From assembly GCA_964016885.1 (NCBI GenBank), contig OZ024744.1:81716001-81780000 (forward strand): 64,000 nt of DNA, given 5' to 3'. Below the pieces are notes generated by a model. That model was not told the DNA's origin, ran no database searches, and saw nothing but the letters and a program-made list of their open reading frames with translations. Shown piece after piece: positions 13,146 to 27,813 of this stretch (within the stretch, counting starts at the first letter, position 1; every line of letters starts with the position of its first letter). Both the position numbers and the translations under genes were made by a program. Source of the DNA: Eledone cirrhosa (taxonomy: Eukaryota).

Positions 13146-13867
13146 TCTGTTTGTCTGCCTCAACCAAATTATTTGTATGTTTATCTATATAGCAATCTAC
13201 CTATGTGTGTATGTGTGTATGTATCTAAATACCTATTTTACATGTCTGTCTGTGTACACGTTTATCTATTTCTCTATCTTCCAATCTCTCACACCTCGTC
13301 TTTCTCATCTTTCTCTTTCTGTCTCTCTTTTTTTCTTTGTCTCTCTTTCTCTTTCTCACTTTCTCTCTATCCCTCTCTCTCTCTATATATACGTATTTAT
13401 ATACCCCACCCCCCTATATATAGCAGATTTAAATTAAATCTGCTTTCCAAACAAGTCAATTCCGATCGATCTTCTAAGTCTCTCATATATATATATAATT
13501 TACCATCCGTTTTAACACAAATACGTACAGTTCCATACAATAATATGCCTATAATAAAAGAGACAGTAAAATGAAACTAGTAACACTCCTGATGATGTGA
13601 CCGTGAGGGTCAAGAAACTATGACAAAATCATGGACGTTCAAATTCACTTCATATGAACTCTAGATGCCTCGTTAGAGAATATAAGAAGAAATTGAAACT
13701 GAAAAGTAGTCATGACTTGAATATGTATAAATAAAGCGTTGTTCCTCATATATACAATACGTGTTTTCTTGTTCTCTCTCTCTCTCTCTCTCACACATTC
13801 TCTTTCCCTCTCTCACTCTATTTCCCCCCTCTCTCTCTATCTATCAATCTCTATCTCTCTCATTCTA

Positions 13868-13903
13868 TTTTCCGATGAAAGACTATTGACCGAAACGTTA
13901 AGG
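13868..13903 (+). ncRNA. Degenerate minimal PLE-type hammerhead (family H)
   Basis: CCGATGA-aagactattgacc-GAAACGTT-AAGG, homologous to 21710-21745. Confidence 0.5.
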
Positions 13904-13996
13904 CTCCTTCCCTAACTCTATCTATCGAATGTTAAACTAATATTCTACAATGGTATTGCAGTGAGTACTCCTGTGTTATTTTTCTTTAACTTTTCT

Positions 13997-14077
<81 letters not shown>

Positions 14078-14164
14078 GTGTGTGTGTGTATATATGTATA
14101 TGTGTATGCATAATATATTTATATGTATATACAGATGTATATGTATGTGTGTATCTGTGTATAT

Positions 14165-14229
<65 letters not shown>

Positions 14230-14619
14230 TGTATATGTATGTATCTATGTATATATTGAAGCGATCCATTTAGACATTATGCGAGTTCGAGTGACGACTA
14301 GTTCTAGATTAGAATGGTGTTACCATGAAGATTCTTGTCACGAGGTGTCGAGTGTATGTGATGGTCATTTGCATATTTGTCATCAAAGTCCGGGAACGGC
14401 TCCAGTAGCTTTCAGACTAACATAAAATAAAAGACAATAAAAGTGAAGGAAAGAACCAAACAAAAAACAAAGAAGCAAAGAAAGAGAGTGAAAAGAAAGA
14501 ACGAAAGAAAGAAAGAAAGAAGGCAAGAAGAAAGAGAGAAATGATAAACAGAAAGAAAAAGAAGGAGAATGATGACAAGGATGATAGATAGGCTGACAGA
14601 CAAACAGATATGCAGGCAG

Positions 14620-15745
14620 ATAGATAGATAGATATCTTTCTTTAGTTGCCACAGGGGCGTACAAAAATGGGACATTACAAGATGTGACGGCGGGGGTTTT
14701 ACATAAAATCTTTAACAATGATAAATAACAATAAACTATATAAAAATATAACAATTGAAATCCCCATGGGGGGTGGGGGAAACGTTACTGCGGGGTTGTT
14801 TTAGGACAACCCTCAACATCAGGAACATGTTTTGTAGGTGTTCCTGTCTTTCCTCTGTTTATCTTCCTCAACCTACAGGTTTATATACAGAGAAGGCCCA
14901 TTCACACGGGCCATTTTCGCCACACTCACCCACCTTTCAGCGAATTTACTGGGGTGTAGCACCTCTCTCTCCACTCTCACCTTCATTCTGAAGTGGTACT
15001 TAAAGAAGGGGATGAGTTGTTATCCGGAGAGAAAGGTGCTTGCCCTCAGTCCTTTTAACCTCGTCCACCATATTACCTCTTTCCCCATAGCCACCAGACA
15101 GAGGAAGACCGCCTCTCCTTCATTCTTAAATGATGGCGGCGGGGTGATCCTCACGATGGACTCGGCTGACAACTGGATGTGTCCCACACGTGACAGTAGC
15201 TGTTCGACATAATTCCATAGGTCGGTCACCCCTCGGCACTGAACAATTGCGTGCAAAACGGTTTAGATGTCCTGCTCGCATCTTGGACAGGTCCTTTTGG
15301 CAGGATGTCTGCCAGGGCGTCCGTGCCTGTAGATTGTGTCTCGAACTGGTAGAACTCCTCAGTAGCACTGCCAGGTCAGAGACCTCTGGAAGTTATCCAT
15401 AGGCCCTGGACGGAAAGTCCTCCCGATCAGACTGGTCAGTTCGTCTTCCTCGATGCCTAGAGTTTCTCCCGAGAACGTCGTAGCACTTATCCTCCACTAA
15501 TCCTCCTATAGAATGTCGAAGTGGAGTCTCCGCTGATTGCCGTTTCCGCTTGGTCGAGGGCAGTGAGCGCCTGAAGGCACTCGAGGTGCCAAGATTGATA
15601 GATAGATAGATATATTTCTTTATTTGCCACAGGGGCGCACAAGAAAAGGGGACAATACAAAGACACATGCCGGGGATTTTACATACAATCGTTTAAAAAT
15701 ATTATTAAAACAAGCAAATTTAACAATCGAAATCCCCAATAGGGG
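14620..15745 (-). mobile_element. Two stacked 5'-truncated Tx1-clade fragments
   Basis: Minus-strand 3' ends abut (GATA)n at about 14635 and 15612. Peptide HAIVQCRGVTDLW...VIWWTRLKG matches the other copies. Confidence 0.88.
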
Positions 15746-16134
15746 TTAGGCGTTACAAATGGGTTTAGATAGAGAAAAAAAAAAAATATATATATATATA
15801 TATGTGTGCGTGTGTGTGTCTGCGTGTGTGTGTGTGTGTGGAGAGAGAGAGAGAGAGATTGAGACCCAGATATACAGACAACACTTACATACATAGATAG
15901 AAAGAAAGAAAGAAAGAGAAAGAAAAAAGAAAAAAGAAAAAAGAAAAAAGAAAAAAGAAAAAAGAAAAAAGAAAAAAGGAAAAAGAAAAAAGAAAATAGT
16001 AAGAAGGAAGGAAATAAATAAATAAATAAATAAACAAACAAACAAACAAAAAAGAAAGAAAGAGTGCGAGTGAAAGGGGATCACAGAAAGTAGTAAAACT
16101 ATGACAGTGAACATAATATAGACGATGTAAAACC

Positions 16135-17730
16135 ATATAAAGATATATTTGCTCCTAGCTGCTAATACGGTCATACCCTCGGCTACTGGGGTCCAACAGG
16201 GCGACCCTTTGGGACCCCTCCTGTTCGCCCTTGGTATTGACCACATCGCCCGGAGTATCACGGCCCCTCTCAACGTTTGGTATCTGGATGATGCTACGTT
16301 GGGCAAGCCCGTACGGACAGTCTGCCAAGACCTTCAATCGGTGATTCCTGCCCTGGCGGGAATCGGCCTCCAGGTCAACTCGGCTAAGTCGGAGGTGGTG
16401 AACGTCAGCCTCGATGCTGTGAGCTTTGCAGCCTCCGTCTTGGACGTGCGGTCCATTCTCCGCCAGGTTCAGGTGACCCCCAAAGAGGATGTCCTCATCC
16501 TCGGGTCACCGATCCACCCGCCGGCCATCCGCTCCACCCGCCGGCCATCCGCTCCACCATCCATCAGGTCCAGGCTTCAACAGCTCCAGACTCTCACGAG
16601 CCGACTGGGCTTGATTGACGGCCACCCAACTCTCTTTCTGCTGAGGAACTGCTTCGCCATGCCGAAGCTCCTCTATACACTCTGCAGCTCTCCATGCTAC
16701 ACCCAGACATCTCTCCTCGCTGACCTCGATACTTGTATCCGAGCAGCAGCCGAGGGAATATGCAACGTCAAGTTTGACGACATAGGGTGGCAACAGGCCA
16801 CTTTACCGGTCAGGTATGGCGGCCTAGGCCTCCGGTCCCCGATCTCACTAGCTTTGCCGGCGTATCTTTCGTCGGTAACGTCGTGCCGCGTCCTCGTCAG
16901 CAGGGTTCTTCAAAACACAACAGAACCCTCTGTGTTCAGAGAACGTGAAGCCACCTGTGAGACATGGGACCGGCTGGGACATAGCTCAGTAGACGTCCCT
17001 CCTCCTTCTCCCCCTGTTGACGTCAAGTCCCCCCAACACACTTGGGATGCAATCCAGTGCAGCCTGGCCTCAGACAGGCTCACGCGCCAGCTCGACCAAC
17101 ACCGCCTTGCTTGTTTTCGTGCGGCCTCCAAACCCCACAGTGGTGTCTGACTCCATGCTCTTCCCTCCTTCTCCACTGGCACACAGCTAGACAACCATAG
17201 CCTGCGAATCGGCGTTTCCCTGAGGCTCGGCCTCCGGATCTGCCAGCCACACCAATGTCGCTGCGGTTTCACCGTGGACTCTTTCGGCCTCCACCCGCTT
17301 TCCTGTCGCCACAGTGCCGGCCGCATTCCACGCCATACTGCCCTCAACGAGGTCATTAAGCATGGCTTGGACGCTGCAGGCTTCCCTTCCCAGCTCGAGC
17401 CGGTGGGGCTGGATCGAGGGGACGGCAAAAGGACAGATGGCATGACCATCTTCCCGTTCCGCGGTGGCAAACCCCTCGTCTGGGATGCCACTTGCACCGA
17501 CACTTTCTGCAGCCGCAACCTGGTGCAGTCTGCGACTGACCCATGTTCTGCTGCACGTCGAGCTGAAGGGGCTAAACTCCTCAAATACCGGTCGTTCACC
17601 GACAGGTTTGCGGTCGTTTTACCTGGCAGTGGAAACTTCTGGTGTCCTAGGCCCCAGGGCTACCTCCTTACTCACCACCATAGGCGCTGAGCTGGCCAGC
17701 CGTAGGTGTGTGCCCCGCCAGTTGGAGTGG
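16135..17730 (+). mobile_element. 5'-truncated CRE-clade-like non-LTR element (RT plus restriction-like endonuclease), disrupted
   Basis: Motifs GVQQGDPLGPLLF, WYLDD, PVRYGGLGL, CRCG..H..SC zinc motif, RH..LN, KRTDG and LVWDATC. Confidence 0.8.
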
Positions 17731-18231
17731 CTTACCATTACATTAGTTAAATACCATTCTTTCATCTCATACATATATATAAGTTATGGTATAACTGAAG
17801 TTTATGTTTGTAATAGACAATATATTGAATAGTTTTACCGATTCTTAAAATATACAAATGTCGTCAAAATATATACGAGATAGGCACAAACATGGCTGCG
17901 TGGTTAAGGAGTTCATTTCGCATAGATTAAAGATGGCGCTTCGGTCGAGTCAATGACCGACAACTTCTTTAGTGCCGTTGCCAAGGAAAATGCACCCAGT
18001 ACACGCTGTAATGTGTTTGGTGGTAGGAGTGACATCCAACTGTAAATACTAACCAAAAAATGGTTGAGAGGATTGTTTAGTTATGTCGAGCGGGTGACAT
18101 CCACTTTAGTATTGTGTGATAAATGATAGTCACGTAACTCCTGATGAAGTCGTAGGGGATATTTTAAACCTGGCGAAGCCCACCCCTCTCCAGGTCTGAA
18201 CACAGTAGATTTCTTCCAGAGATGGATTGAG

Positions 18232-18291
<60 letters not shown>

Positions 18292-18769
18292 GAAGAGTCC
18301 ACCCCAGAACATGACTGGTACTATTTTTATCGGCATCGAAAGGATGAAAGGCAAAATTGATGACCGCGAGATTTGAACTCAGAGAAAAGAGAGTCGGAAT
18401 GAATTCCATAAAGCATTCTGTCCAACGTTCTAATGACTCCGCCAATTCGCCGCTTTGACCTTAATGCGAGCGACATTAGAAAGTGGAAAACTTGTTGAAA
18501 CTTGTAGAAAGGTCACTTCCGTTTTGTCAGAAACATGACGATCACCCTAATAATGGTGCTACGGTAAAATGCACCCACTACGCTCAGTAGAGCGTAGTGG
18601 GTGCATATAAGTGAGATGAAGCCGCCGGCTCGTCCAAGAGGGCAGTATTGACAACCTGTCCAACTCTTGCTTATGGTGGTGATGATGATGATGATGAGGC
18701 GGAGGAGGAGAAGGAGGATATATTAATACTTAAATTAAATAAAACCCCATGAATTCACTATATTATTTG

Positions 18770-18955
18770 GTGAATTGGCAGTATCGGTAGAGGGTCGGAC
18801 GCCATGCTTTCTAGCATAGTTACGTCCCTTTACGGTCTGAGTCCAAATCCCGCCGAGGTTGACTTTGCCTTTCATCGTTACGGGGTCGATAAAATAAAGT
18901 ACCAGTAATGTACTGGATATATTGCTGGCCTTGAGCCTAAAGTAGAAACAATTAT
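18770..18955 (+). mobile_element. tRNA-derived SINE
   Basis: Same family as 1521-1970. Confidence 0.85.
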
Positions 18956-18983
18956 TTGGATAAATTACTTGGAAAATACGTTG

Positions 18984-19477
18984 CTAACCTTCAGTTGACC
19001 CAGGAATGTTGATTCGCACAGAATTGTTACATCCAAACCACAAAGAAAACGGTTCAAGTTGAACTTCGTAAAAATGTGCCAAAAAAAAAAAAAAAAAAGA
19101 AAAAAAAATCAAATAAATACAGAATTCAAAATAAAATAAAATGCTATTCGTACATTTGTTTTTAATTTCTCGCAAAGCAAGAGCTATTTTTCTTTTTCAA
19201 AATACTTTACTAATTTACATAGTTACTCTAAATTATTTTTTTTCCAATCAGTAACTTTTTTTTCAGTGTTTATTGAAACGCTTGGAGACATATAATATTC
19301 TTTTTTTTTTTTTCTGTCTGGAGCTAAAACGAACACATTTCAGAAAAAAAAAAAATAATAGCCTATGATCTTCTCCATAAAAAAGTGTGCCTCTCTGAAA
19401 ATTTCAGTTACGTAGGTGTAAAACTGTAGCCTACATCTTGGAACGTGCGTACATACACTTTTATATATACATAGATA
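18984..19477 (-). mobile_element. Possible degenerate non-autonomous Helitron-like element
   Basis: The minus strand begins ATCTATGTATATATAAAAG, resembling Helitron 5' TC ends. The 3' CTAG end is not clearly preserved. Confidence 0.3.
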
Positions 19478-19529
19478 GATAGATATACACACATGTTTGT
19501 ATATATATATATATATTCATTTATTTATT

Positions 19530-19730
19530 TAATATATAAATGGCTTCTACAGGACTAGAACTGTTTAATATTTAATTCGGAAGAAATCACCAGGAAGCCC
19601 TGATGATTTCTCCCGAATGAAACAGCTCTAGTCCTGTAGAAGCTATTTCTATATTAAATATTTATACTCTGCTATGTATTGAGTACCTTACTTACTGTGG
19701 TTACCCCCGATTGAACCCGGTATAAACATA
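19530..19730 (+). mobile_element. PLE-like end family 1 with foldback and HHR, flanked by (TA)n
   Basis: Homologous to 49-242. Core CTGATGA at 19600-19606 and GAAACAG...CTGTA at 19619-19638. The inverted arm shows stem I GGCTTC/GAAGCC. Confidence 0.72.
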
Positions 19731-19908
19731 TATATATATTAAATGTTTCCGCAGGAAAGGTAAAGGAAAGGAGAGTGCTCTATGTAGGCTACAGAGCTAT
19801 TTAGTTATGTAATAAACAACATAAGACAATTATTTCATTTACCAAAGGTTTCACGAAGACAGACGAGCTTGACACAGACGTCTGAAATCGTTCGTCAGGA
19901 CGAAAATT

Positions 19909-21190
19909 TGTCTCGTCTATCAGCCACCAACCTTATTGTACGCACCCCTCGCACACCCACCATCTACTTCCTCCCCAAAATACACAAACAAAATAATCCC
20001 GGCCATCCTATCGTTTCTGCGTGCAACTGCCCCACCGAGATAATTTCTGAATATTTAGACACCCTCCTCGCCCCGTGGTCGGTAATCTCCCCTCCCACAT
20101 CCACAATACCAATCATGCCCTTAGACTCTTCAACTCTGTCCCCATCCCTCCTGGTCCCTCCCACCTTCTCTTTACCCTGGACATCACCACTCTCTATACC
20201 GTCATCCCTCACGATGACGGCGTCCGCACTCTCCAACATTTTTTAGATTTACGCTCTACCCCTTACCCCAGCACTACCACTCTTCTCCATCTGGCTGAGC
20301 TTGTTCTCACCATCAATAGATTTTCTTTTTCGGGTGAATTTTATCAGCAGGTCTCTGGGGTAGCGATGGGAACCAGAATGGGTCTTCGTCGGCTCTGTAG
20401 TCAGGACGACGATTTCGAACTTCGCATGGCTTCCTGCTTCATCCAGCGTGGATATCCACCCCCACCCTGATCCAAGCTGCTCTCACCCGCACCCGTGAAA
20501 CAGACCGCACCACAGCCCTCTCACCTCACTCCTGCCCTCCCATCACCCATGTTCCTTTCCCTCGTACCTACCACCCCATCACCCTACCAATCCGGCGACA
20601 TATCCTCTGTTCTAACCCCGCCACTTCTCGCTTTTTTCCAAACCCACCCATTACTGCTTTTAAGCGCGCCCGCAACCTCCGCGACCTTCTAGTTCGCAGT
20701 TCCTTTTCGTCCTCTCCTACGACTCCACCCGGCTCTCATCCTTGTTCCTGTTCCTGCTGCAACACTTGTCCCTTTATTTCAACCCTCACCACTCTTACAG
20801 GCCCTAACGGGTCTTTCCGTATCCGCCATTTCTTCACCTGCACATCCACCCACATTGTCTATGCCCTCTGGTGTTCCCTTTGCGGGTCTTTATATATCGG
20901 ACAAACGGGACGCCGTATGGCGGACCGTTTTGCCGAACATTTGAGGGACATACGACTCGGTTTGGATACTCCTGACGTCCGTCATTTCTGTTCTCCTGGT
21001 CATTCTTCCCTACATGTTAAAGCGATAGGAATATAGGGGTGTGATAATGGACGGGGTATTAGAGAAATTGGGGAGGTGAGTTGAGTCCAAGAGGGGAATA
21101 GGACCCAAGGCGATGAATCAGACTTTGTTCAGTCCCGGTGCGCAAGGCATGTGATCCACGATGTAAAAGGACACCCAGGACTGAAACACT
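19909..21190 (+). mobile_element. Penelope-like element remnant: RT, Cys-rich linker and GIY-YIG endonuclease (Neptune-like layout)
   Basis: Motifs [37 protein letters not shown], linker PCSCSCCNTCP and VYALWCSLCGSLYIGQTGR..RFAEH. The last about 40 codons (..EQSLIHRLGSYSPLGLN) lie inverted at 21019-21190. Confidence 0.88.
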
Positions 21191-21336
21191 TGATCATTAG
21201 CAGCTTCTCTTACAACTAATACATGCGGACTATATATGCTCACTCCTCTTTTCCCTTCACTGCGCTGAATATACACATACACACTCTTTTACTCACATAT
21301 ACACACACATTTCTTCTTAGCTTCGTACGGACGTAT

Positions 21337-21481
<145 letters not shown>

Positions 21482-21709
21482 CTTACGCACGTGCACAAGT
21501 ATAGCTCTTTTTACAAAACGTTTTTTTTTCCATTTCAGGTAGACGCGCTCCATCATCCACTTTACTAAAAAATAAATCATACACAAAACGCCAACACCAA
21601 CAATTTTGCAAGAGATGTCAACATGAATGGACCTGTTATTTTTATCTAAAGACATTTTTTACCAATTCCAACACGCCCGTCCCCTCAATCTATCTTATTT
21701 CTCATTCTT

Positions 21710-21745
21710 TCTTCTGATGAAAGACTAGCGTCCGAAACGTTAAGA
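21710..21745 (+). ncRNA. Minimal PLE-type hammerhead (family H)
   Basis: TCTT-CTGATGA-aaGACtagcGTCc-GAAACGTT-AAGA, with palindromic AACGTT in place of stem III. It lies downstream of the PLE ORF on the same strand. Confidence 0.75.
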
Positions 21746-22904
21746 CCCTCTTCCTGCTATATCAAGCGTTAACCTAATATATCCCTTCCATATACTGTAC
21801 TGATTGTGTTGTTATTTCTGTTTACCTTTTACATACATATATATCTATATATATATGTATAAAGGAGTTTCAACAAATTGTTTCTCTATTTTATTTTTTC
21901 ATTTATTTTTTGTTCATATTTGTGGAAACGTGTATCAAAAGCATGAAATGACTTAATTTTTCATATTTGCCTTTTCTATATTATTGTTGAGGTGCTTTTG
22001 TACTACAACATTCATACGGCTCGTCGGATTTACATACATGAAGTTGATTCTGAAACAATTTAACGCATTTAAAAAAAAAATTATTGGCAATCTGAGATTG
22101 CAAACATGAATTATCAAAATTTATTCAAAAGCAAAAAAACAAACATTTATTTAATAAGGGAAATAAAAAAAGGGGAAATAAAATGAAAGAAAGAATAGAG
22201 AAATATAGAGAAAAAAAAGAGAGAAAGAACGAAGAAAAAGAACGAGAAAAGGAGGAGATGGCAAGAGTTCTGGTGTCGCAGAAAAGAGAGGAGGGGTGAA
22301 GCGGGAGGGTGATTGGGCGTTCAAGAAGGCCAGGAAGGAATAAGGTTGGAACTACCTTCAACCAATGGCTAGGGATTGTTTACGTCCTTTGTGATGATGC
22401 TGTGTGGGTGTTTGAAGTAATTCATTGTCAACAAGGCCTTGAAGTAACAACACCAATAAATCGCCCGTGGTACAACACACAATGGAAACTGAATGGGTAA
22501 TTTTTATTCATTTTATTTTTCTTCTTGTAATTTTTATTCATGTAATTTTCTGTTGAGGTCGTAACGGTTACATAACAATTATCATCGAAATACGTATAAC
22601 GGCAATTGATTGTAATAAAAAAAAACCAAAAAAAAAAACCGGTAAATTCTAACCTATTGGTTTCTACTTCATTGTTATACTCCAGACTACATATATACTT
22701 CCCTGAGTGCTCTATCCTGCATACACTAGTATCAGTTGATAAACTAACAGAAAATATACCAACAAATTTTATATCCAAAGTTGGCAGAGCACCATCAGTC
22801 CGTCCGAGGGACGAGTTATAATATACATTTTATTTGTGTTGCTCTGACAGAGTGAGATGTAATCGGGATGGTATATTGAAGCATATAGGAAATGTTTATG
22901 TATA

Positions 22905-23095
22905 ATTGTTTCTACTTTTTGGCACAAGGCCAGTGATTATCCTAGTACATTACTGGTTCTTTATTTTATCGACCCAGTAAGGATGAAAGGCAAAGTTAAC
23001 CTCGGCGGGATTTGAACTCAGACCATAAAGGGGCGTAACTCTATGCTGCAAAGCATGGCACCCGACCTTCTACCGACACTGCCAATCTCCCGCCC
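22905..23095 (-). mobile_element. tRNA-derived SINE
   Basis: Reverse-complement copy of the 1521-1970 family. Confidence 0.85.
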
Positions 23096-23106
23096 TTGTT
23101 TATGTA

Positions 23107-23190
23107 TGCTCAAGCTCTATTATTGCTATATATCACAATTTATAACCGGGGTTATAAATTGTGATATATAGCAATAATAGAGCTTGAGCA
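23107..23190. repeat. Perfect palindrome, 41-bp arms
   Basis: Arms 23107-23147 and 23150-23190 with loop GG. Confidence 0.9.
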
Positions 23191-23642
23191 AGGTTTCTCA
23201 CTATTTTGTTTTATTCAATTGTTTTTGAATATTTTTGTAGGAACGTGTGTCAGAAGAATAAAATGCCTTCTTTTCTAAATTACACACACATACACACATA
23301 TATATATATATATGTTTGTATATATAACCAAAGTTTATATGGTTCGTTGATTATTCAACGAATACAATTTTACAATAGATTAGAAGCACTCGACAAATAT
23401 TTTTCTGGAGTATTTAATATTATTCAAAATATTAATAAATGAAAAATGTTCTCATAACCAAAATATATATTTTATTATACATATTTCAAAGGTACAATGG
23501 TGTTTAAGTACGTTTTCATCAGATAAAATATATGAGAGATTGGATATGCGACATACCGCTACGGTTTTGATTATTCAATTCCAGTAGTATATATATGTGT
23601 GTATATATATATATATATAAACAATTAAGTTAAAGTTATTTG

Positions 23643-23765
<123 letters not shown>

Positions 23766-24391
23766 ATATATTATATATATATATACACATATATATAATC
23801 CTTTATGCGTGTGCATGTGTGAGAAAACAGAGAGAGAGAGAGAGAGACAAGGAAAGAGAGAGAGAAAAAAAGTGAGCGTTAAATGTATACACACAGAGAC
23901 GAGCATACACGTTCACAGAATTAAGGAATATATGTTATAGATCCAACATGAAATAACACGATCTGTAGAACATCGTTCATGAACGTATATTTTCGTGAAT
24001 TTCCGCTCTTCAATTATTTATCTTGCATACGTTCATTGTCGATCATAGATATTTTCGTTGCAAATAGGATATTCTGTATATCCCATGAGCAATGGTGAAC
24101 AATGGTATCAGTAGCATTGAAAGCTCAGCTATTTCATAGAGAGAAAAGGAAAGACAAATGATATAAACAAATTCTGCAACATCTTCTATAATACTACTCT
24201 AGCATACGCTTGGAATAAAATAGGATACCAATCGGATAGAACAAGATAATGGATGATGGGAATGAAACGTGTCAGCGGAAGGAAGGATTTTTAAGGGGAT
24301 TTATTTTGTATAGAACACCGATAAGTAGAAATAGATAGAAAATAAAATAATAAAGCAAAATATATAACCAAAAACCCCCAACTAAAATGAA

Positions 24392-24466
<75 letters not shown>

Positions 24467-25041
24467 ATCTTTTTTCTATTTCCTTCTTTCAGTTTCTCTC
24501 GATATGTTCCTTCTTCTTTCTCCCCATTCTCTCTCTTTATTATACCCCCAATTCTCTCTATCTCTTTCTCTTTCCTTTCAATTTCTCTCGATATTTTCCT
24601 TCTTCTTCTTCTTCTTCTTCTTCTTCTTCTTCTTCTTCTTCTTCTTCTTCCCACCCGACACCCCCTCACCTCATCTCTTCTTCTTATTCACAGATTTAGT
24701 TAGATCACTGTTTAAATGTCATACAGAATGCTTCAAATTGCACAATGTACTATTATTAGTACCATGGAACAACCACTATTATAGACACCATATATATTTC
24801 CGTGGGTACTTAGTACCTACTGGAATATCTATATCATTTATCTGAATTCTCCTTAATGTTGAGAAAAAAATGTTGTATCATGCTGCTATTTCTAGTAACA
24901 TGAAATATCAACGAGTCTATTATTCCCGCTCTTTCTAACGGCCAATTTGTGTGGTGGTCATTTTAACGGCTTGATTCATTCACCGGGCAGAAAGCGACAC
25001 ATCCACATCTACGTGGATTTATATCTAGTAGGTTTGGAAAA

Positions 25042-25121
25042 GCTATCTGAAGAGCTATATCTTTCCATTGGAAATTCTCTGAATTTCCAATCTTTTGATT
25101 AGAGAAACCGTCGGTCATGGC
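25042..25121 (+). ncRNA. Type I hammerhead ribozyme
   Basis: GCTAT-CTGAAGA-stem II containing ATTGGAAATTC/GAATTTCCAAT-GAAACCG-t-CGGTC-ATGGC, with GUC triplet. It lies about 75 nt upstream of a long (TA)n. Confidence 0.75.
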
Positions 25122-25191
25122 ACTAGAAGAGGTAAATATTTAAATCGTATTTTAATTTATTTAAAAGATTGTTTAGTGTTTACTTGTTCCG

Positions 25192-26134
<943 letters not shown>

Positions 26135-26476
26135 TAATACATTTAGAAACACACAGATACATGCGGACACACACATATATACATGAATGCATCCGCACCC
26201 AACTGTGAGTTCAGGGTGCCAACTTCACCGATGTTGCTCAATGAATGACTGGGACAGGCCAATTCAGTTTGAACCAGACTGAACCAGTATCAGAGTTAAA
26301 AATACAACGGCCTCGATATGAATACCCCCTCCGCCTCCGTGGTATTTTTTTTCGTGGTTATAAGAGGCTTAGCTCTGTTTCTCGACCGTTATATCGCGTG
26401 ACTATCTCCCCCTCCGCCTTTTGGGATTCTTTCTCACGTCGTGTGGACGCGTTCTTGAGACTAGTAAAATGAGGTA

Positions 26477-26564
26477 TCCTCTTGATAAGTCGGCAGACCT
26501 CGCAAGGACTCTATATCTTTGATATATTGTTTTTGTTTATGCCACGAAACTACGTAGTCGAGGA
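26477..26564 (+). ncRNA. Type I hammerhead ribozyme, U3-A8 variant (array copy 1)
   Basis: TCCTC-TTGATAA-GTcGGCA...TGCCAC-GAAACTACGTAGTC-GAGGA. Predicted cleavage is after GUC at 26559. Confidence 0.85.
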
Positions 26565-27068
26565 ATTTAGGAACAGTTTAGGTATGATACATTTTATTAC
26601 TAATTATATCTGAATGTTTCTTCTCTCTTCATAATGTATTTTTAACTCTGATACTGGTTCAGTCTGGTTCAAACTGAATTGGCCTGTCCCAGTCATTCAT
26701 TGAGCAACATCGGTGAAGTTGGCACCCTGAACTCACAGTTGGGTGCGGATGCATTCATGTATATATGTGTGTGTCCGCATGTATCTGTGTGTTTCTAAAT
26801 GTATTAATAACTCCCTCTGGTCGAGCAATCTTTGAAGTGTGGGGACAACTGGAAAGCTTCCATTACTCATACTTCTCGCCTTCTTCACTACCTCTTCTAC
26901 GGCCTCGATATGAATACCCCCTCCGCCTCCGTGGTATTTTTTTTCGTGGTTATAAGAGGCTTAGCTCTGTTTCTCGACCGTTATATCGCGTGACTATCTC
27001 CCCCTCCGCCTTTTGGGATTCTTTCTCACGTCGTGTGGACGCGTTCTTGAGACTAGTAAAATGAGGTA

Positions 27069-27156
27069 TCCTCTTGATAAGTCGGCAGACCTCGCAAGGA
27101 CTCTATATCTTTGATAAATTGTTTTTGTTTATGCCACGAAACTACGTAGTCGAGGA
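27069..27156 (+). ncRNA. Type I hammerhead ribozyme, U3-A8 variant (array copy 2)
   Basis: As copy 1. Predicted cleavage is after 27151. Confidence 0.85.
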
Positions 27157-27659
27157 ATTTAGGAACAGTTTAGGTATGATACATTTTATTACTAATTATA
27201 TCTGAATGTTTCTTCTCTCTTCATAATGTATTTTTAACTCTGATACTGGTTCAGTCTGGTTCAAACTGAATTGGCCTGTCCCAGTCATTCATTGAGCAAC
27301 ATCGGTGAAGTTGGCACCCTGAACTCACAGTTGGGTGCGGATGCATTCATGTATATATGTGTGTGTCCGCATGTATCTGTGTGTTTCTAAATGTATTAAT
27401 AACTCCCTCTGGTCGAGCAATCTTTGAAGTGTGGGGACAACTGGAAAGCTTCCATTACTCATACTTCTCGCCTTCTTCACTACCTCTTCTACGGCCTCGA
27501 TATGAATACCCCCTCCGCCTCCGTGGTATTTTTTTCGTGGTTATAAGAGGCTTAGCTCTGTTTCTCGACCGTTATATCGCGTGACTATCTCCCCCTCCGC
27601 CTTTTGGGATTCTTTCTCACGTCGTGTGGACGCGTTCTTGAGACTAGTAAAATGAGGTA

Positions 27660-27747
27660 TCCTCTTGATAAGTCGGCAGACCTCGCAAGGACTCTATATC
27701 TTTGATATATTGTTTTTGTTTATGCCACGAAACTACGTAGTCGAGGA
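27660..27747 (+). ncRNA. Type I hammerhead ribozyme, U3-A8 variant (array copy 3)
   Basis: As copy 1. Predicted cleavage is after 27742. Confidence 0.85.
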
Positions 27748-27813
27748 ATTTAGGAACAGTTTAGGTATGATACATTTTATTACTAATTATATCTGAATGT
27801 TTCTTCTCTCTTC

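Noticed and set aside
13583-13645. CTGATGA...GAAA hammerhead candidate
   Set aside because: Stem II and III hairpins are plausible, but U16.1 and stem I are missing. At best it is a decayed or truncated copy.
18135-18200. CTGATGA...GAAG hammerhead candidate
   Set aside because: It has GAAG instead of GAAA and no convincing stems I and III.
19909-21190. Selenoprotein-type (UGA readthrough) Penelope element
   Set aside because: The ORF is broken by frameshifts and deletions, and no in-frame UGA at conserved Cys positions or SECIS was evident.
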